Positions 11,057-21,654 of a stretch of 64,000 bases of DNA are shown piece after piece. Both the position numbers and the translations under genes were made by a program. The stretch is taken from NCBI GenBank assembly GCA_041657665.1, contig JBBABN010000001.1, positions 2,355-66,354 of the forward strand, in the 5' to 3' direction. The DNA comes from Minisyncoccota bacterium (GTDB lineage Bacteria > Patescibacteriota > Minisyncoccia > Phycocordibacterales > Phycocordibacteraceae). Below the pieces are notes generated by a model, which was not told the origin of the DNA, made no database searches, and saw nothing but the letters and a program-made list of their open reading frames with translations. Positions within the stretch are counted from its first letter, which is position 1, and every line of letters begins with the position of its first letter.

Positions 11057-11314
11057 CTATTTCTTTAGTGCTTGCTGTAGTTCTTGTTGAATTTTCCTGA
11101 TCTCCTCATCGTTCTGTCGTTTCCTTAACTCAAGTTCCTCAATCGATTTTCTTATGACTTCTGCCTCGCTCTCCAATTTCTGAAGTTCGCTTTTCTTTTT
11201 TGTTACTTCATCCTCTTTCCTCTTCAGATCTTGTTTTTTCGTTTGCAACTCTCGTTCTTCGTTTTGCATCTCGCGCTTCAAAGTTTCAAGAGCTTGTGTC
11301 GATGTATTTTCCAT
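11057..11314 (-). CDS. Small coiled-coil protein
   Basis: 85 aa E/K/Q-rich heptad pattern; TATACT upstream. Confidence 0.65.
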   Translation of the reverse strand: MENTSTQALETLKREMQNEERELQTKKQDLKRKEDEVTKKKSELQKLESEAEVIRKSIEELELRKRQNDEEIRKIQQELQQALKK

Positions 11315-11350
11315 ATTCTGTCTGTAAACTAGTACTGCGAGAGTATAGCA

Positions 11351-12943
11351 TTATTCAAACCCAAACAATCCGCGGGGACGGTACTGAAGTGCTTCGTGCA
11401 CGAAAGCGGGAGTGACCGAGCTGGCACCAGCGAGGTCGGCGATAGTGCGTGCGACACGCATCGTGCGGTGGTAGCTCCGCGGCGAGAGATGCAGGCGCGC
11501 GGCAGAAAGGGTGAGTGTTTCTTTCGCGGCTTCGGTAAAGCCACTTTTTTCATCCAATTCTTTTCCACTAAGCGCGGCATTTGTAGCACCCTTCTTCCCT
11601 GTGCGTTTCTCGGCACTCGTACGTGCTGCGACCACACGCTTACGCACCAGTTCTGACGATTCTCCTGTTGAAAGTTTCGCGAGCGTATCATGCGGGACGA
11701 GCGGCACTTCTATCCAGAGATCAAGACGGTCGACGATAGGACGCGAAATACGGCGGGCCTGCTTCACCGCGGCGCGCTGTGCGACACGAGAATCATCAGA
11801 GAGCGTATCGGCCGGATTCATCGCAGCGACAATCATACAGTCAGCTGGGAAAGTAACGGTCGCGCGCGCTCGAGAAACAGTAACGATGCGATCTTCGAGC
11901 GGTTGTCGAAGAGCTTCGAGCGTTCGTGAATCAAATTCGGGAAATTCGTCTAAGAAAAGAACACCTTTATGCGCGAGAGTTACTTCACCCGCCTTCGGGA
12001 ACGTGCCGCCGCCGACAATCGCGACATGAGAGATCGAATGATGTGGCGCACGAAATGGTGGCCAGTAGACAGCATCGCCATCTGAAAGAAGCCCTGCGGT
12101 CGAATGTATCGCCGTCACTTCGAGCATATCGTCGTCAGAGAGCGATGGAAGAATTCCTGCGAGCGCTCTGGCGAGCATCGTCTTCCCCGTTCCAGGAGGT
12201 CCATAAAAAACGATATTATGTCGGCCAGCAGCAGCGATCTCAAGGGCGCGTTTCGCACTCTCCTGCCCTTTTACTTCAGCAAGATCGATAGCAGGTGGCG
12301 GAATTGGTATATGGCGATCACGCACAAGACGTGGAAGTATTTTCTCCCCATTCAAATGAAGGAGAAGTTCTGTGAGCGATGCGGGAGCATAGACCGCAAT
12401 ACCTTCGGCAAGAAGTGCCTCACGCGCATTCCCTGGTGGGACGAAAATCGTTTTAATACCATGCCGTTTCGCAACCAACACTTGTGGAAGAACCCCGCGC
12501 ACAGCCCGAACCGTCCCATCGAGAGCAAGTTCACCAATAAAAAGCATTTTCTCCTCGAGAGAAGGAAGATCCCCAGCAGCTATAAGATACGCAATCGCAA
12601 GCGAAAGATCATAGTGCGATCCTTCTTTCTTCAAATCTGCAGGCGAGAGCGAGAGAACGATACGTTTATTTTGTTGTTTCGGCGGCTTATAGCCAGAATG
12701 CCGTATCGCAGCACTTATCCTGTCGCGCGCTTCTTCGACCGCTTTATCAGCAAGACCAACAACTGAGAAATTATGTAGTCCGCGCGTCAGATCGGCCTCG
12801 ACCACCACTATCTCAGCACCAGATCCAACTGGTTGAGCCGCAAGAGTCTTCGCGTAGCCATGCTTAGGAAGCAGAGCTTTAGCGGCGTTTCCCTTGGGAA
12901 GAGAGGTTTTGGCTGTATTTCCCTTGGGCAATGCGCCTGGCAT
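11351..12943 (-). CDS. comM: YifB/ComM Mg-chelatase-like AAA+ protein (start probably 12943)
   Basis: [45 protein letters not shown]. Confidence 0.9.
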   Translation of the reverse strand: MPGALPKGNTAKTSLPKGNAAKALLPKHGYAKTLAAQPVGSGAEIVVVEADLTRGLHNFSVVGLADKAVEEARDRISAAIRHSGYKPPKQQNKRIVLSLSPADLKKEGSHYDLSLAIAYLIAAGDLPSLEEKMLFIGELALDGTVRAVRGVLPQVLVAKRHGIKTIFVPPGNAREALLAEGIAVYAPASLTELLLHLNGEKILPRLVRDRHIPIPPPAIDLAEVKGQESAKRALEIAAAGRHNIVFYGPPGTGKTMLARALAGILPSLSDDDMLEVTAIHSTAGLLSDGDAVYWPPFRAPHHSISHVAIVGGGTFPKAGEVTLAHKGVLFLDEFPEFDSRTLEALRQPLEDRIVTVSRARATVTFPADCMIVAAMNPADTLSDDSRVAQRAAVKQARRISRPIVDRLDLWIEVPLVPHDTLAKLSTGESSELVRKRVVAARTSAEKRTGKKGATNAALSGKELDEKSGFTEAAKETLTLSAARLHLSPRSYHRTMRVARTIADLAGASSVTPAFVHEALQYRPRGLFGFE

Positions 12944-12947
12944 GGAA

Positions 12948-13295
12948 TTATAAATGCTTGGTACAGGTAGTCGCAGAAGGATCGGCCTCGAGACGTGTTT
13001 CTTGTATCTCTTCTCCGCATACTTCACATTTCCCGTACGTGTTTTTATCAATCCTTGAGAGTGCTGTTAGGATAGCGTCGTAACGTGCTTCGAGATCGGC
13101 GAGTACCGCCACATCATTTTCTCGATTCGTAATAACATCTGCTTGGTCAATAGGATTTGATTCCATACCAACATCAATAGGTGCTGGTTCCCAATCGCCA
13201 GGAACGGCCAAGTTCTTACGCCCAACACTCGCCATCTCTTCCTCTAATTTTAATTTGTCTTCTTCTAATTTTTCCTTGAAATGTTTGGTAGTCAT
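12948..13295 (-). CDS. TraR/DksA zinc-finger protein
   Basis: [29 protein letters not shown]; coiled-coil N-terminus. Confidence 0.85.
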   Translation of the reverse strand: MTTKHFKEKLEEDKLKLEEEMASVGRKNLAVPGDWEPAPIDVGMESNPIDQADVITNRENDVAVLADLEARYDAILTALSRIDKNTYGKCEVCGEEIQETRLEADPSATTCTKHL

Positions 13296-13322
13296 TCAGA
13301 GATGATATCAGATGGAAATCAC

Positions 13323-14648
13323 TTATTGTGCGCGAGAAGAAGCAAGTCGGAGCATAAGTTCAGAAAAGACTGACGGGTCGCGCGCGATAACAAGTGTTGA
13401 CTGATTCCAGTAGCCGTAGAGAAGAACGCTTTGATTCTTATCATCACGATAGACGCGAACATCGTGATTATTAATCACTTCATCACGAAAGCCAGGAATA
13501 AATATAGGAGTCGATGAAGTCGCTACTGCAGTAGTTGTCGTCGATGTCTTCATTACACTTTTTGATGTCGTCGTTGCTTGAGTCGATGTTGCTACTGTAG
13601 TCGTCGCAACAGCAGGTGTTGTTGATGCTATAGCAATGGCCGGAGCGACGACAAGCGGTTCGTTATAAGGAGAGAAAAGTGCTCCAAGATCGCGCCTCAT
13701 TAAAGGTTCCCAAGAAAGCATACCTGAAAAAGTGTCACTGTACGAAGCAACTGAGAGTATGAAAAATGGACTTTGATTCCCATTGTTATTCACGATACCA
13801 GCCATACTGTCCGAAGCATGTATGTTACGCAAGAGAATATTAGGAGCAGGGATCTGAAGTGCAGAAAAAACACTATTGTCTGTTGTAGTTGCATTCTCTG
13901 TATAGAGAAGTCGCACAGTATTAAGAGCGAGAGGACGATCAATCGACTGTTCGATCGCCGATAATAAAACAGCTCCTGTTCCAGAAATTTTTTCATCTTC
14001 TTCAACAAAGATCGGCGCAGGAATAGTTGGAGCAAGAATAATTGGAGCTATTACTGTTGAATAATTTGTGTAGACGAAATACACACCAAAACCACCAGCA
14101 ATAAGTAGTGCCACGCCAGCCAAAATATACAGAAGACCGCCACGCGAAGAGTTAGATTCTCTTTCGGGTTCGGTCTTTTGTGGTGCCGCATCTTGTTCTG
14201 CAGCGAGTACAGTTGCTGTTGAGGCATGTGACTCCTTCATGTGATCAGAAAAATCACTTTCGTATGTCTTGAGTGGTGCGGGTGTTGGTTCTGGTGCCGG
14301 CTCAGGTTCGGGAACTGGCTCAGGAGCAGGAGTTGGAATAGGGGGCGGTTCATTCTTCATTATTGGAATAGATAATGGAGAAAACGACACATGCCCAACA
14401 TTCGATGAAGGTATTGTAGAAGGAACAACCGATGATGTAGTTGGCGGTTCAACTGGTTTTGTCACAGGAGTTGCAGACGATTTTACTTCTTGAAGTGGCA
14501 CCAGATCTGGAGTACCTCCTTTTTTAATCGTCGCCATATCACCCTCAAAGGTGCGAATATATTTTTTTGGCATTTCACGATTCCCTTCTACTATTTTTGA
14601 AGAAGGATCGGGAATTGGTGTATTCGATGCAGCTAGTGGTGTGTCCAT
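13323..14648 (-). CDS. Hypothetical single-pass membrane protein, Pro/Thr-rich
   Basis: Long ORF, one TM, IRTFEGD N-terminal motif. Confidence 0.7.
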   Translation of the reverse strand: MDTPLAASNTPIPDPSSKIVEGNREMPKKYIRTFEGDMATIKKGGTPDLVPLQEVKSSATPVTKPVEPPTTSSVVPSTIPSSNVGHVSFSPLSIPIMKNEPPPIPTPAPEPVPEPEPAPEPTPAPLKTYESDFSDHMKESHASTATVLAAEQDAAPQKTEPERESNSSRGGLLYILAGVALLIAGGFGVYFVYTNYSTVIAPIILAPTIPAPIFVEEDEKISGTGAVLLSAIEQSIDRPLALNTVRLLYTENATTTDNSVFSALQIPAPNILLRNIHASDSMAGIVNNNGNQSPFFILSVASYSDTFSGMLSWEPLMRRDLGALFSPYNEPLVVAPAIAIASTTPAVATTTVATSTQATTTSKSVMKTSTTTTAVATSSTPIFIPGFRDEVINNHDVRVYRDDKNQSVLLYGYWNQSTLVIARDPSVFSELMLRLASSRAQ

Positions 14649-14688
14649 TCACTTCTATAGTAACGCATCCAAACGGAACGCAAGTAGG

Positions 14689-15204
14689 TTATCCTCGTGA
14701 AGTGATCGTAAACTTTTTTGGATCGTCACACATATCAGTAAATGCATGTGCTACTTCCTTCAATTTACTTGATGATGACTTACCGAATGAAATAACTTCA
14801 ACTTGGCATCCTTCATTCATATCCAGATACTGGATAAGTGGAATAAAATCACCGTCGCCGGTCGCGAGAATAACCGTATCGAGTTTCGGAGCAAGCTTCA
14901 CTGCATCGATAGCGAGCCCGACATCCCAGTCAGCTTTCTTGGCACCATCAGCGAATATCTGAAGATCTTTCACTTTTGTTTCGATACCCATCTTCGTAAG
15001 TGCCCCGAAGAAATTATTCTCTTCCCCACTGTCCGTGGAGATAACATAAGCGATAGCACGCACGAGAATGCGTCCGCCCACCGCTTCTTCAAGAACTTTC
15101 GCGAAGTTTACACGCGCCTTATAGAGATGTTTCGCACTATGATAAAGATTTTGTGTGTCGATAAATACGCCCACACGTTGAGCTGGATGTTTAATAACTG
15201 CCAT
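14689..15204 (-). CDS. NYN (LabA/DUF88) domain protein
   Basis: FIDTQNLY, KADWDV, GDGDF. Confidence 0.9.
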   Translation of the reverse strand: MAVIKHPAQRVGVFIDTQNLYHSAKHLYKARVNFAKVLEEAVGGRILVRAIAYVISTDSGEENNFFGALTKMGIETKVKDLQIFADGAKKADWDVGLAIDAVKLAPKLDTVILATGDGDFIPLIQYLDMNEGCQVEVISFGKSSSSKLKEVAHAFTDMCDDPKKFTITSRG

Positions 15205-15334
15205 ATAAATAAATTACGTATGAAAACAAAATAATAAAATGTAGCTCCCGCATCGGGACTCCGACGGGAGTGCTACTTCTTCATACTACCACTTCCTTTC
15301 TTACACCTTATCCCTTGCACCTTAAACCTCCTTT

Positions 15335-15601
15335 CTACTTCTTGAGACCAAGTTTCTTAATCAAAGAGTTGTACTGACGCTTATTGTTCTTTTCGAGATA
15401 ACGCAAATGTGAACGACGGTCAGCAACCATCTGGAGAAGTCCGTGGCGAGAATGAACATCTTTCGGATTTTTCTTGAGGTGTTTCGCAAGCTCGTCGATT
15501 TGTTTCGAAAGGAGGGCAACCTGAACATCCGGAGATCCGGTGTCGGTGTCGTGTCGAGCGATATTTTTAATAACCGCTGCCTTTTTCTTCGTGGTAAGCA
15601 T
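15335..15601 (-). CDS. rpsO: 30S ribosomal protein S15
   Basis: DTGSPDVQVALL, KDVHSRHGLL. Confidence 0.97.
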   Translation of the reverse strand: MLTTKKKAAVIKNIARHDTDTGSPDVQVALLSKQIDELAKHLKKNPKDVHSRHGLLQMVADRRSHLRYLEKNNKRQYNSLIKKLGLKK

Positions 15602-15735
15602 GTACGACTACACTACCACGCCTTGTGAAATTGTGCAAGTCCGGTGTAATCACCGCGACTTGCACAATTTCATCCCGAGGAGTTTACGACAAGGGACCAT
15701 GAATGTTGTGCGACACGGGTGGTATGCTATCCACT

Positions 15736-16635
15736 ATGGAAGCAGAGACCGCGAAACGACAATTTCTCGAATATATCGAGATAGAGCGCGGACGCGCAGT
15801 GAAGACCATCGAGAATTACGACCATTACCTGACTCGCTTCTTCATACAGATGAAAATAAAGGGCGTGAAGGACATCAGCGAGCAGAATGTTCGCGAGTTT
15901 CGCCTCTGGCTGAACCGTCAGGCCGGCACCAATAATGCCTCTATGAAGCGCCGAACCCAGAATTACTATATGATTGCGCTCCGCGCCTTCTTGAAGTTCC
16001 TGCGGAAGCGCGATATTCCCGCAATTTCTCCCGAGAAGATAGAGCTCGCGAAGCTCCCCGAGCGCGAGCTCGACCTTATATCCCCCACCGAGCTTGCTCG
16101 ACTTCTACAGGCTGCTGACGGACCTGAAGAAAAGGATTTACGCGATAAAGCGATATTAGAGCTCTTCTTCTCTACTGGCCTACGTGTTTCTGAGCTCTGT
16201 GCGCTTAATAATGACCTCGATTTGTCCCAAGATTCCTTCTCAGTACGCGGGAAAGGCGAGAAAGTGCGGGTCGTCTTCCTCTCAGAAGCTGCTAAAAAAT
16301 CTGTTGCTGCTTATCTGAAAGCGCGAAAGGATATGGCGGAAGCACTTTTCGTGAATGTTTCAGCTGGCAATTCAATTCCTTCTCGCCTCACGCCACGCTC
16401 GGTAGAACGAATCATTAAAAAATGCGCCGCTAAAGCTGGTATTACGAAGAAGATGACCCCACATGTCCTCCGTCATGTCTTCGCCACCGACCTACTCAAT
16501 AACGGCGCGGATATTCGCTCAGTCCAACAACTCCTCGGCCACGCTTCTATTAACACCACTCAAATTTATACCCACATCACCGACGCGCACCTGCGCGAAG
16601 TGCATAAGAAGTATCACAGCAAATCCAGTAACTGA
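15736..16635 (+). CDS. XerC/XerD-type tyrosine recombinase
   Basis: TGLRVSEL, GKGEKVR, HVLRHVFAT, LLGHASINTTQIY. Confidence 0.92.
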   Translation: MEAETAKRQFLEYIEIERGRAVKTIENYDHYLTRFFIQMKIKGVKDISEQNVREFRLWLNRQAGTNNASMKRRTQNYYMIALRAFLKFLRKRDIPAISPEKIELAKLPERELDLISPTELARLLQAADGPEEKDLRDKAILELFFSTGLRVSELCALNNDLDLSQDSFSVRGKGEKVRVVFLSEAAKKSVAAYLKARKDMAEALFVNVSAGNSIPSRLTPRSVERIIKKCAAKAGITKKMTPHVLRHVFATDLLNNGADIRSVQQLLGHASINTTQIYTHITDAHLREVHKKYHSKSSN

Positions 16636-16660
16636 CCCGACAAGGATGTAGAATAGAGAC

Positions 16661-17425
16661 ATGAAAATCGTCTCATGGAATGTGAACGGGCTGCGCTCGC
16701 TCGCGAAGAACGACTACTGGGAATCATTTTTAAAAGAAGCGAAACCGGACATATTTTGTCTTCAAGAGACTAAAGCAAGTCCAGAACAAGTCCCAGAAGC
16801 ACTCCTCTCCCCTGCTGGATTCTCCTCATTTTTTTCATCTTCGCAAACGAAGAAGGGCTACAGTGGCGTCGCATTATATTCAAAAGTCGAGCCGTTATCA
16901 GTTATTTATGGCATGGGGATAAAAGAATTCGACCAGGAAGGACGAATTATCGGCGCAGAATATGAGGATTTCTGGCTACTGAACGTCTACTTCCCCAATG
17001 GAGGAATGGGCCCGGAGCGTCTTGACTATAAAATGCGCTTTTATGACGCTTTTCTCGCTTTCGTAGAGAAATTACGCAAGCAAAAGCCCGTTATTTTCTG
17101 TGGTGATGTGAATACCGCCCACGAGGAGACAGATCTTGCCCGACCGAAAGAAAATGAGGAAAATACTGGCTTTTTACCTCAAGAACGAGCCTGGATTGAT
17201 GAAGTTATACAGGCTGGCTATATCGATTCTTTCCGCCACTTCCATCCCCACACAGGAGACGCCTATACGTATTGGGATATGAAGACGCGAGCGCGCGATA
17301 GAAATGTTGGTTGGCGCCTTGATTATTTCTTCGTCGCACAAGAATTTATTAAGCACATCAAGAAATCAGAAATGTTATCTGACATTTACGGCTCCGACCA
17401 CTGCCCCATTTCCATAATGTTATAA
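16661..17425 (+). CDS. xth: Exodeoxyribonuclease III
   Basis: SWNVNG, LQETK, GDVNTAH, GWRLDY, SDHCP. Confidence 0.95.
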   Translation: MKIVSWNVNGLRSLAKNDYWESFLKEAKPDIFCLQETKASPEQVPEALLSPAGFSSFFSSSQTKKGYSGVALYSKVEPLSVIYGMGIKEFDQEGRIIGAEYEDFWLLNVYFPNGGMGPERLDYKMRFYDAFLAFVEKLRKQKPVIFCGDVNTAHEETDLARPKENEENTGFLPQERAWIDEVIQAGYIDSFRHFHPHTGDAYTYWDMKTRARDRNVGWRLDYFFVAQEFIKHIKKSEMLSDIYGSDHCPISIML

Positions 17426-17438
17426 AGGACACTTCGAC

Positions 17439-17648
17439 TTACTCAGTGCAGGCATAGTTATCCACAGGGTGTCCTTTACATTGTCCTTTATTAAAACTAT
17501 TCTTCATTGCAGAGGCAGTGGCTATTACTTCGGTGAAAGCTTCTGCTGTCGCGGTAGTTCTTTCTTGCTCTTTCTGTCGGCGTTCCGCCTTCCCTTTCGA
17601 GGTGTCTGCCTGCGCTGCGGCGATCCGCAAATACAAGCCTTTCGGCAC
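17439..17648 (-). CDS. Small hypothetical protein
   Basis: 69 aa ORF with GTG start after AAGGGA; no motif. Confidence 0.35.
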   Translation of the reverse strand: MPKGLYLRIAAAQADTSKGKAERRQKEQERTTATAEAFTEVIATASAMKNSFNKGQCKGHPVDNYACTE

Positions 17649-17790
17649 GATGTCCCTTGTCTCGGAATCCAGTACGCGATCGCATCATATAGAACAAAAG
17701 CCACCCCATTTCTCGGGCTGGAGCACCATTATTTTACGCCCTTGCTCCTTTTCGCTCTGGCCACCCTGGGTGGTTTTTTTGTTTTAAATC

Positions 17791-17842
17791 AAAAACAAGG
17801 TTAAACCTTAAATCCTAATCCTCAAGGTTTAACCTTGTTTTT
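17791..17842. repeat. Paired AAGGTTAAACCTT / AAGGTTTAACCTT palindromic element
   Basis: AAAAACAAGGTTAAACCTT...AAGGTTTAACCTTGTTTTT; same family as 4659-4698. Confidence 0.75.
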
Positions 17843-17942
17843 ATACATTCCACGCGAAACACTTTTCACACATTACGCTTCATAACGCCGTCGGGCGTAA
17901 CTTATCCCTCGTATGACTCGGGATGAATTAGCTCGAAACGAG

Positions 17943-19406
17943 CTAATTCACATGATGTTTATCGAAAATATGCTTCATTTCCTCATCTTCTGCTGATTCA
18001 CGACGCTGTTTACCCGATTCACCTAGCTTTTGTAACTCTTCTTCAGACATAGCGAGGAGTTCTTCTGTCCTATTATCCATATATTCTTCAGTATTCAGCT
18101 CGGGATTATCGAGAACTTCCTCGAGAAGGGCATTTAACACAGATCCAATTCGAGGTCCCGGTTTCGCGTGGAACTTCTCCATAAGGCGATTCCCGTCTGT
18201 TTTAAGCATAGAAACAGAGATTGGGTCTCGAAGTGCCTGTTCCACCATCGCTTTATACTTACGGAAGCGAAACGGCTGTTCCTTCGGCCTGCCGGTACCT
18301 ATTCGATCGCAGATGCGCACATTAAGTAAATCCCAGATGTTCTCTTCGCCGACATTCTTTATCATCCGACGCACAGCCGAGAGGGTAATCTGCTCAGGAT
18401 CAGAGAAGAACATATGCCAACGGACCAATTTAACAACTTTTTCTATTGTTTCGCGTGGAAACCTCAGATTTTCTAGTATCTTTTTTGTTACACGTGAACC
18501 AACTACCTCATGCCCATGGAAGCTCCAATCGTTCTTTTCATCAGAATGACGACGGACTTCTGTCTTCGACACATCATGAAATAGGCAAGCGAGACGGACT
18601 TCCAGGCTAAAACCTTTATCGGCGGCATGCTGAACAGCGCGTAGGAGATGCTCAAAAACATCGTAACTATGTGCCTGATTCTGTTCGATACCGACAGCTC
18701 TCATAAGGTCGGAAGAGATGAATTCGAGAATACCCAGCTTTTGCGCCAAAATAATAGCATTCATTGGCTGATTCGAATTTACTATTCTCACAAACTCGTC
18801 CCGAATCCTTTCACATGAAACATGGCTTAAATGCTTGCTATTTTCGCTTATTGCCAGAGCAGTGTCGCCGTCTATACCAAAATCGAGCTCGGCGATAAAC
18901 CGCACAGCTCGAAGCATGCGCAGAGCGTCTTCATTAAAGCGCTCAGACGCGTTACCTACCGCCCGCACCATTCTGTCCTTTATGTCCTTTTGGCCCTCGT
19001 ACGGGTCAATAATTTGTCCTTGAGCATCATCGAGCGCGATAGCATTCATCGTGAAGTCGCGTCGTGCGACATCTTCGAGCAGGGAAGTGCCGAACTCGAC
19101 ACTGTCCGGTCGACGCTTGTCAGAATATTCTGATTCGATTCGATAAGGAGTTACTTCAATAATGGCGAGGCGTATATCCTCAGAACCAGTCTTCACTCCA
19201 ACTGTCCCATACTCATTTTCGTAGAAAGAGTCAGGAAATACGGCCTGTATCTGCTCGGGTGTCGCATTCGTGGTTATGTCCCAATCTTTTGGTTCTCGTC
19301 CTATAATAAGATCCCGAACGCACCCGCCGACAAGATATGCTTCGTATCCTGCTTCTCGAAGGCCTAGCGAAACTTTCGAAACCTCTTCTGGAATACGATA
19401 CGTCAT
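17943..19406 (-). CDS. cca: CCA-adding enzyme / poly(A) polymerase family with HD domain
   Basis: VGGCVRD, DWD, RRDFTMNA, EDALRMLR, HD motif. Confidence 0.9.
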   Translation of the reverse strand: MTYRIPEEVSKVSLGLREAGYEAYLVGGCVRDLIIGREPKDWDITTNATPEQIQAVFPDSFYENEYGTVGVKTGSEDIRLAIIEVTPYRIESEYSDKRRPDSVEFGTSLLEDVARRDFTMNAIALDDAQGQIIDPYEGQKDIKDRMVRAVGNASERFNEDALRMLRAVRFIAELDFGIDGDTALAISENSKHLSHVSCERIRDEFVRIVNSNQPMNAIILAQKLGILEFISSDLMRAVGIEQNQAHSYDVFEHLLRAVQHAADKGFSLEVRLACLFHDVSKTEVRRHSDEKNDWSFHGHEVVGSRVTKKILENLRFPRETIEKVVKLVRWHMFFSDPEQITLSAVRRMIKNVGEENIWDLLNVRICDRIGTGRPKEQPFRFRKYKAMVEQALRDPISVSMLKTDGNRLMEKFHAKPGPRIGSVLNALLEEVLDNPELNTEEYMDNRTEELLAMSEEELQKLGESGKQRRESAEDEEMKHIFDKHHVN

Positions 19407-19466
19407 TCCCAAATCGTAGCACAACACGACTGGTTTTTTAGCGTTTCTAACGTACTATGCTTATAG

Positions 19467-19538
19467 GCCCCGATGGTGAAATGGATATCACGGCTGACTT
19501 CGGATCAGCTATTCCGGGTTCGAATCCTGGTCAGGGCA
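19467..19538 (+). tRNA. tRNA-Arg(TCG)
   Basis: Cloverleaf; anticodon arm GCTGA-CTTCGGA-TCAGC; GGTTCGAATCC; C5:A68 mismatch; no encoded CCA. Confidence 0.9.
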
Positions 19539-19599
19539 CCGCTAAGAAAAGTTGGTCACACTAGAAATGAATATGCACGGCATGCTACTATGCCGAGAG

Positions 19600-19670
19600 G
19601 CGGGCATGGTTTAGTGGTAGAACACGTCCTTGCCAAGGACGAGACGGGAGTCCGATTCTCCCTGCCCGCA
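19600..19670 (+). tRNA. tRNA-Gly(GCC)
   Basis: GCGGGCA/TGCCCGC acceptor; CGTCC-TTGCCAA-GGACG. Confidence 0.93.
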
Positions 19671-19855
19671 CTACTTCGCTCTGTTCAGAAACAGAGCTTC
19701 GCAGTGCACAGCACTATAGGAATGTGACTAAAAAGACGACTTTTACTCCTGTGGATAAGTAGGTGCATACTGGGGATAAAGGACAGTTGTCTATAATGGA
19801 TAAACTAGTGCGGTCTTAGAGTATACTGAGGAAATAAGCCATATTTATAAAAGCC

Positions 19856-20272
19856 GTGGACATTTCATCTAAGACCACTAAAGAGATAGGAAATCTGGGG
19901 GAAAGCGTCGCCTGCGAGTATCTCCGGCGACACGGATTCTCTATTCGCGATCGCAATATTGCACGAAAGACAGGAGAACTCGATGTTATCGCAGAGAAGG
20001 AAGATACCCTGCATTTTGTTGAAGTTAAGACTGTGCTGGCTGACGAATTTCCCCACTCCGCTGAAGCTACTCGGGGCAAGCCAGGTGATTATGATGAATA
20101 CGATCCTTCCCTCAACTTACACGAAGCGAAGGTGCGGAAAGTCGCACGGACCGGCGAATGGTATGTCCTAGAGAAAGGATGGGAAGGGGACTGGCAAGTA
20201 GACGGGTGTCTCGTCTGGCTCCGCCGTCGAGACGGTATGGCACGAGTGAGCTACCTGCCACAAATTGTATAA
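19856..20272 (+). CDS. YraN (UPF0102) PD-(D/E)XK family protein
   Basis: GNLGESVACEYL, GELDVIA, FVEVKT. Confidence 0.88.
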   Translation: MDISSKTTKEIGNLGESVACEYLRRHGFSIRDRNIARKTGELDVIAEKEDTLHFVEVKTVLADEFPHSAEATRGKPGDYDEYDPSLNLHEAKVRKVARTGEWYVLEKGWEGDWQVDGCLVWLRRRDGMARVSYLPQIV

Positions 20273-20292
20273 ATCTGCTAGGATGCGAGAAA

Positions 20293-20363
20293 CGGGCCGG
20301 AGTATGCCGGTAGTACACCTGCTTTGGGAGCAGGCAGACCGAGTTCAATTCTCGGCGGCCCGA
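20293..20363 (+). tRNA. tRNA-Pro(TGG)
   Basis: CGGGCCG/CGGCCCG acceptor; CCTGC-TTTGGGA-GCAGG. Confidence 0.92.
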
Positions 20364-20366
20364 TGA

Positions 20367-21440
20367 TTACGGTAATTGAGTAGTTATAATCGACTCTAGA
20401 GCAGTCATTTTGGGTGCAAAACTAGCGATAGAAGAAATAGGCGATTGAACAAGAAGAATATCCAAAGGTTCTTTTGTTTCACTTGCATATTCAGAACGCA
20501 CGTAGGAGGCCGTTATGGCGCTCAAGGAGCGTGTATTAATCGCACCAGAGATTGTGCTCGTCGTAATAGTGCCGACGAGTTTTCCTTCTGCGTCTACAAT
20601 GCCTCCGCCAGAAGAACCCTCTTGTGCGATAGCCGAACCGCCAAAAGAGAGTACGTCGATCGTATTCTCTGCAAAAGTAAAAACATCTTTCACTGAGCCG
20701 AATACCATAGAAGGGAAGAGTGAGGACACTATCTGGCTTGGATCAAGAAACTGTGCCCCATACGAGGCAATAGCTACTGGCGTATCAGGAAGCGGCGGCT
20801 GTGTAGCGAGTGGGATATAAGGGAAAGAGAGGGGGAGAGGACTTGTCGTCGCGCTCGAAGAGACCGCGAGGAGCGCAAAATCGTATTCACCAGTTCCGTT
20901 TGGCGATGTCTCACTGAGGACTTTTGGATTCGCCTGAAGCCATTTCTCTGAGATATATATGAGTTTTGCGTTATAGCGGTCTGTTGCCGGAACTCCAGAG
21001 CGAATAGTGCAGGAGATACCCTTATCAGCGAGAAGAAAATATTGCCCGACATGCGCATTGGTGAGGATAATGCCTTTCGCATCGATAAGAACACCTGTTG
21101 CCGAGATTGAATGGAGAGGACTTCCTTGTGGGGCGTAACAAATAATATTTACCAGAGCATCGACAAGCGTCGAAGCTGCGACACGGAGCGCTGTATTTTT
21201 TTCAACTGAAGAGGGTGATAGTGCAGGATTACTAGCTGATGTTGGAATAGCAGAAGAAACAACTTTTGGAGCAGCGCTTTCATCAGAAGGAATTGCTGAT
21301 ACTGGTTTTGTAGAAAAATCGGCAGGAATGGTAGCAGTTATAGGAGAATTAACCGTAGGAGTACGCCCAAGAAAAGAAGCAATAAAAACTCCACACACAA
21401 ACCCAAGAGAGATGCCAATAAATGAAACGAATCGTCGCAT
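20367..21440 (-). CDS. Membrane-anchored trypsin-like serine protease
   Basis: LTNAHV, YDFALL, EGSSGG triad motifs. Confidence 0.85.
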   Translation of the reverse strand: MRRFVSFIGISLGFVCGVFIASFLGRTPTVNSPITATIPADFSTKPVSAIPSDESAAPKVVSSAIPTSASNPALSPSSVEKNTALRVAASTLVDALVNIICYAPQGSPLHSISATGVLIDAKGIILTNAHVGQYFLLADKGISCTIRSGVPATDRYNAKLIYISEKWLQANPKVLSETSPNGTGEYDFALLAVSSSATTSPLPLSFPYIPLATQPPLPDTPVAIASYGAQFLDPSQIVSSLFPSMVFGSVKDVFTFAENTIDVLSFGGSAIAQEGSSGGGIVDAEGKLVGTITTSTISGAINTRSLSAITASYVRSEYASETKEPLDILLVQSPISSIASFAPKMTALESIITTQLP

Positions 21441-21482
21441 GTTTATACGCTAGCGCAAAAATGGTATTCTCACCACAGGAAC

Positions 21483-21553
21483 GCGGGATTAGTTTAATGG
21501 TAGAACTACAGATTTCCAATCTGTTAGTGGGAGTTCGATTCTCCCATCCCGCA
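21483..21553 (+). tRNA. tRNA-Gly(TCC)
   Basis: GCGGGAT/ATCCCGC acceptor; ACAGA-TTTCCAA-TCTGT. Confidence 0.93.
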
Positions 21554-21556
21554 CAC

Positions 21557-21585
21557 TTGACAGAATTAGAGTAATCTGCTATCAT
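21557..21585 (+). promoter_or_regulatory. Sigma70 promoter TTGACA-17-TATCAT
   Basis: Consensus -35, TG-extended -10. Confidence 0.7.
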
Positions 21586-21654
21586 AGATATAGAAGCTTG
21601 GGGAATGACCTCGAGCGAGTACAAAAACCCGCATGATGCCTAAGGAGGCGCGCG

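Noticed and set aside
15736-16635. Prophage or island integrase
   Set aside because: It is XerC/D-like, flanked by rpsO and xth, with no phage genes or att repeats seen.
17924-17950. Perfect 12-bp hairpin as a novel RNA
   Set aside because: It overlaps the cca stop codon and is most simply a terminator or 3' stabiliser.
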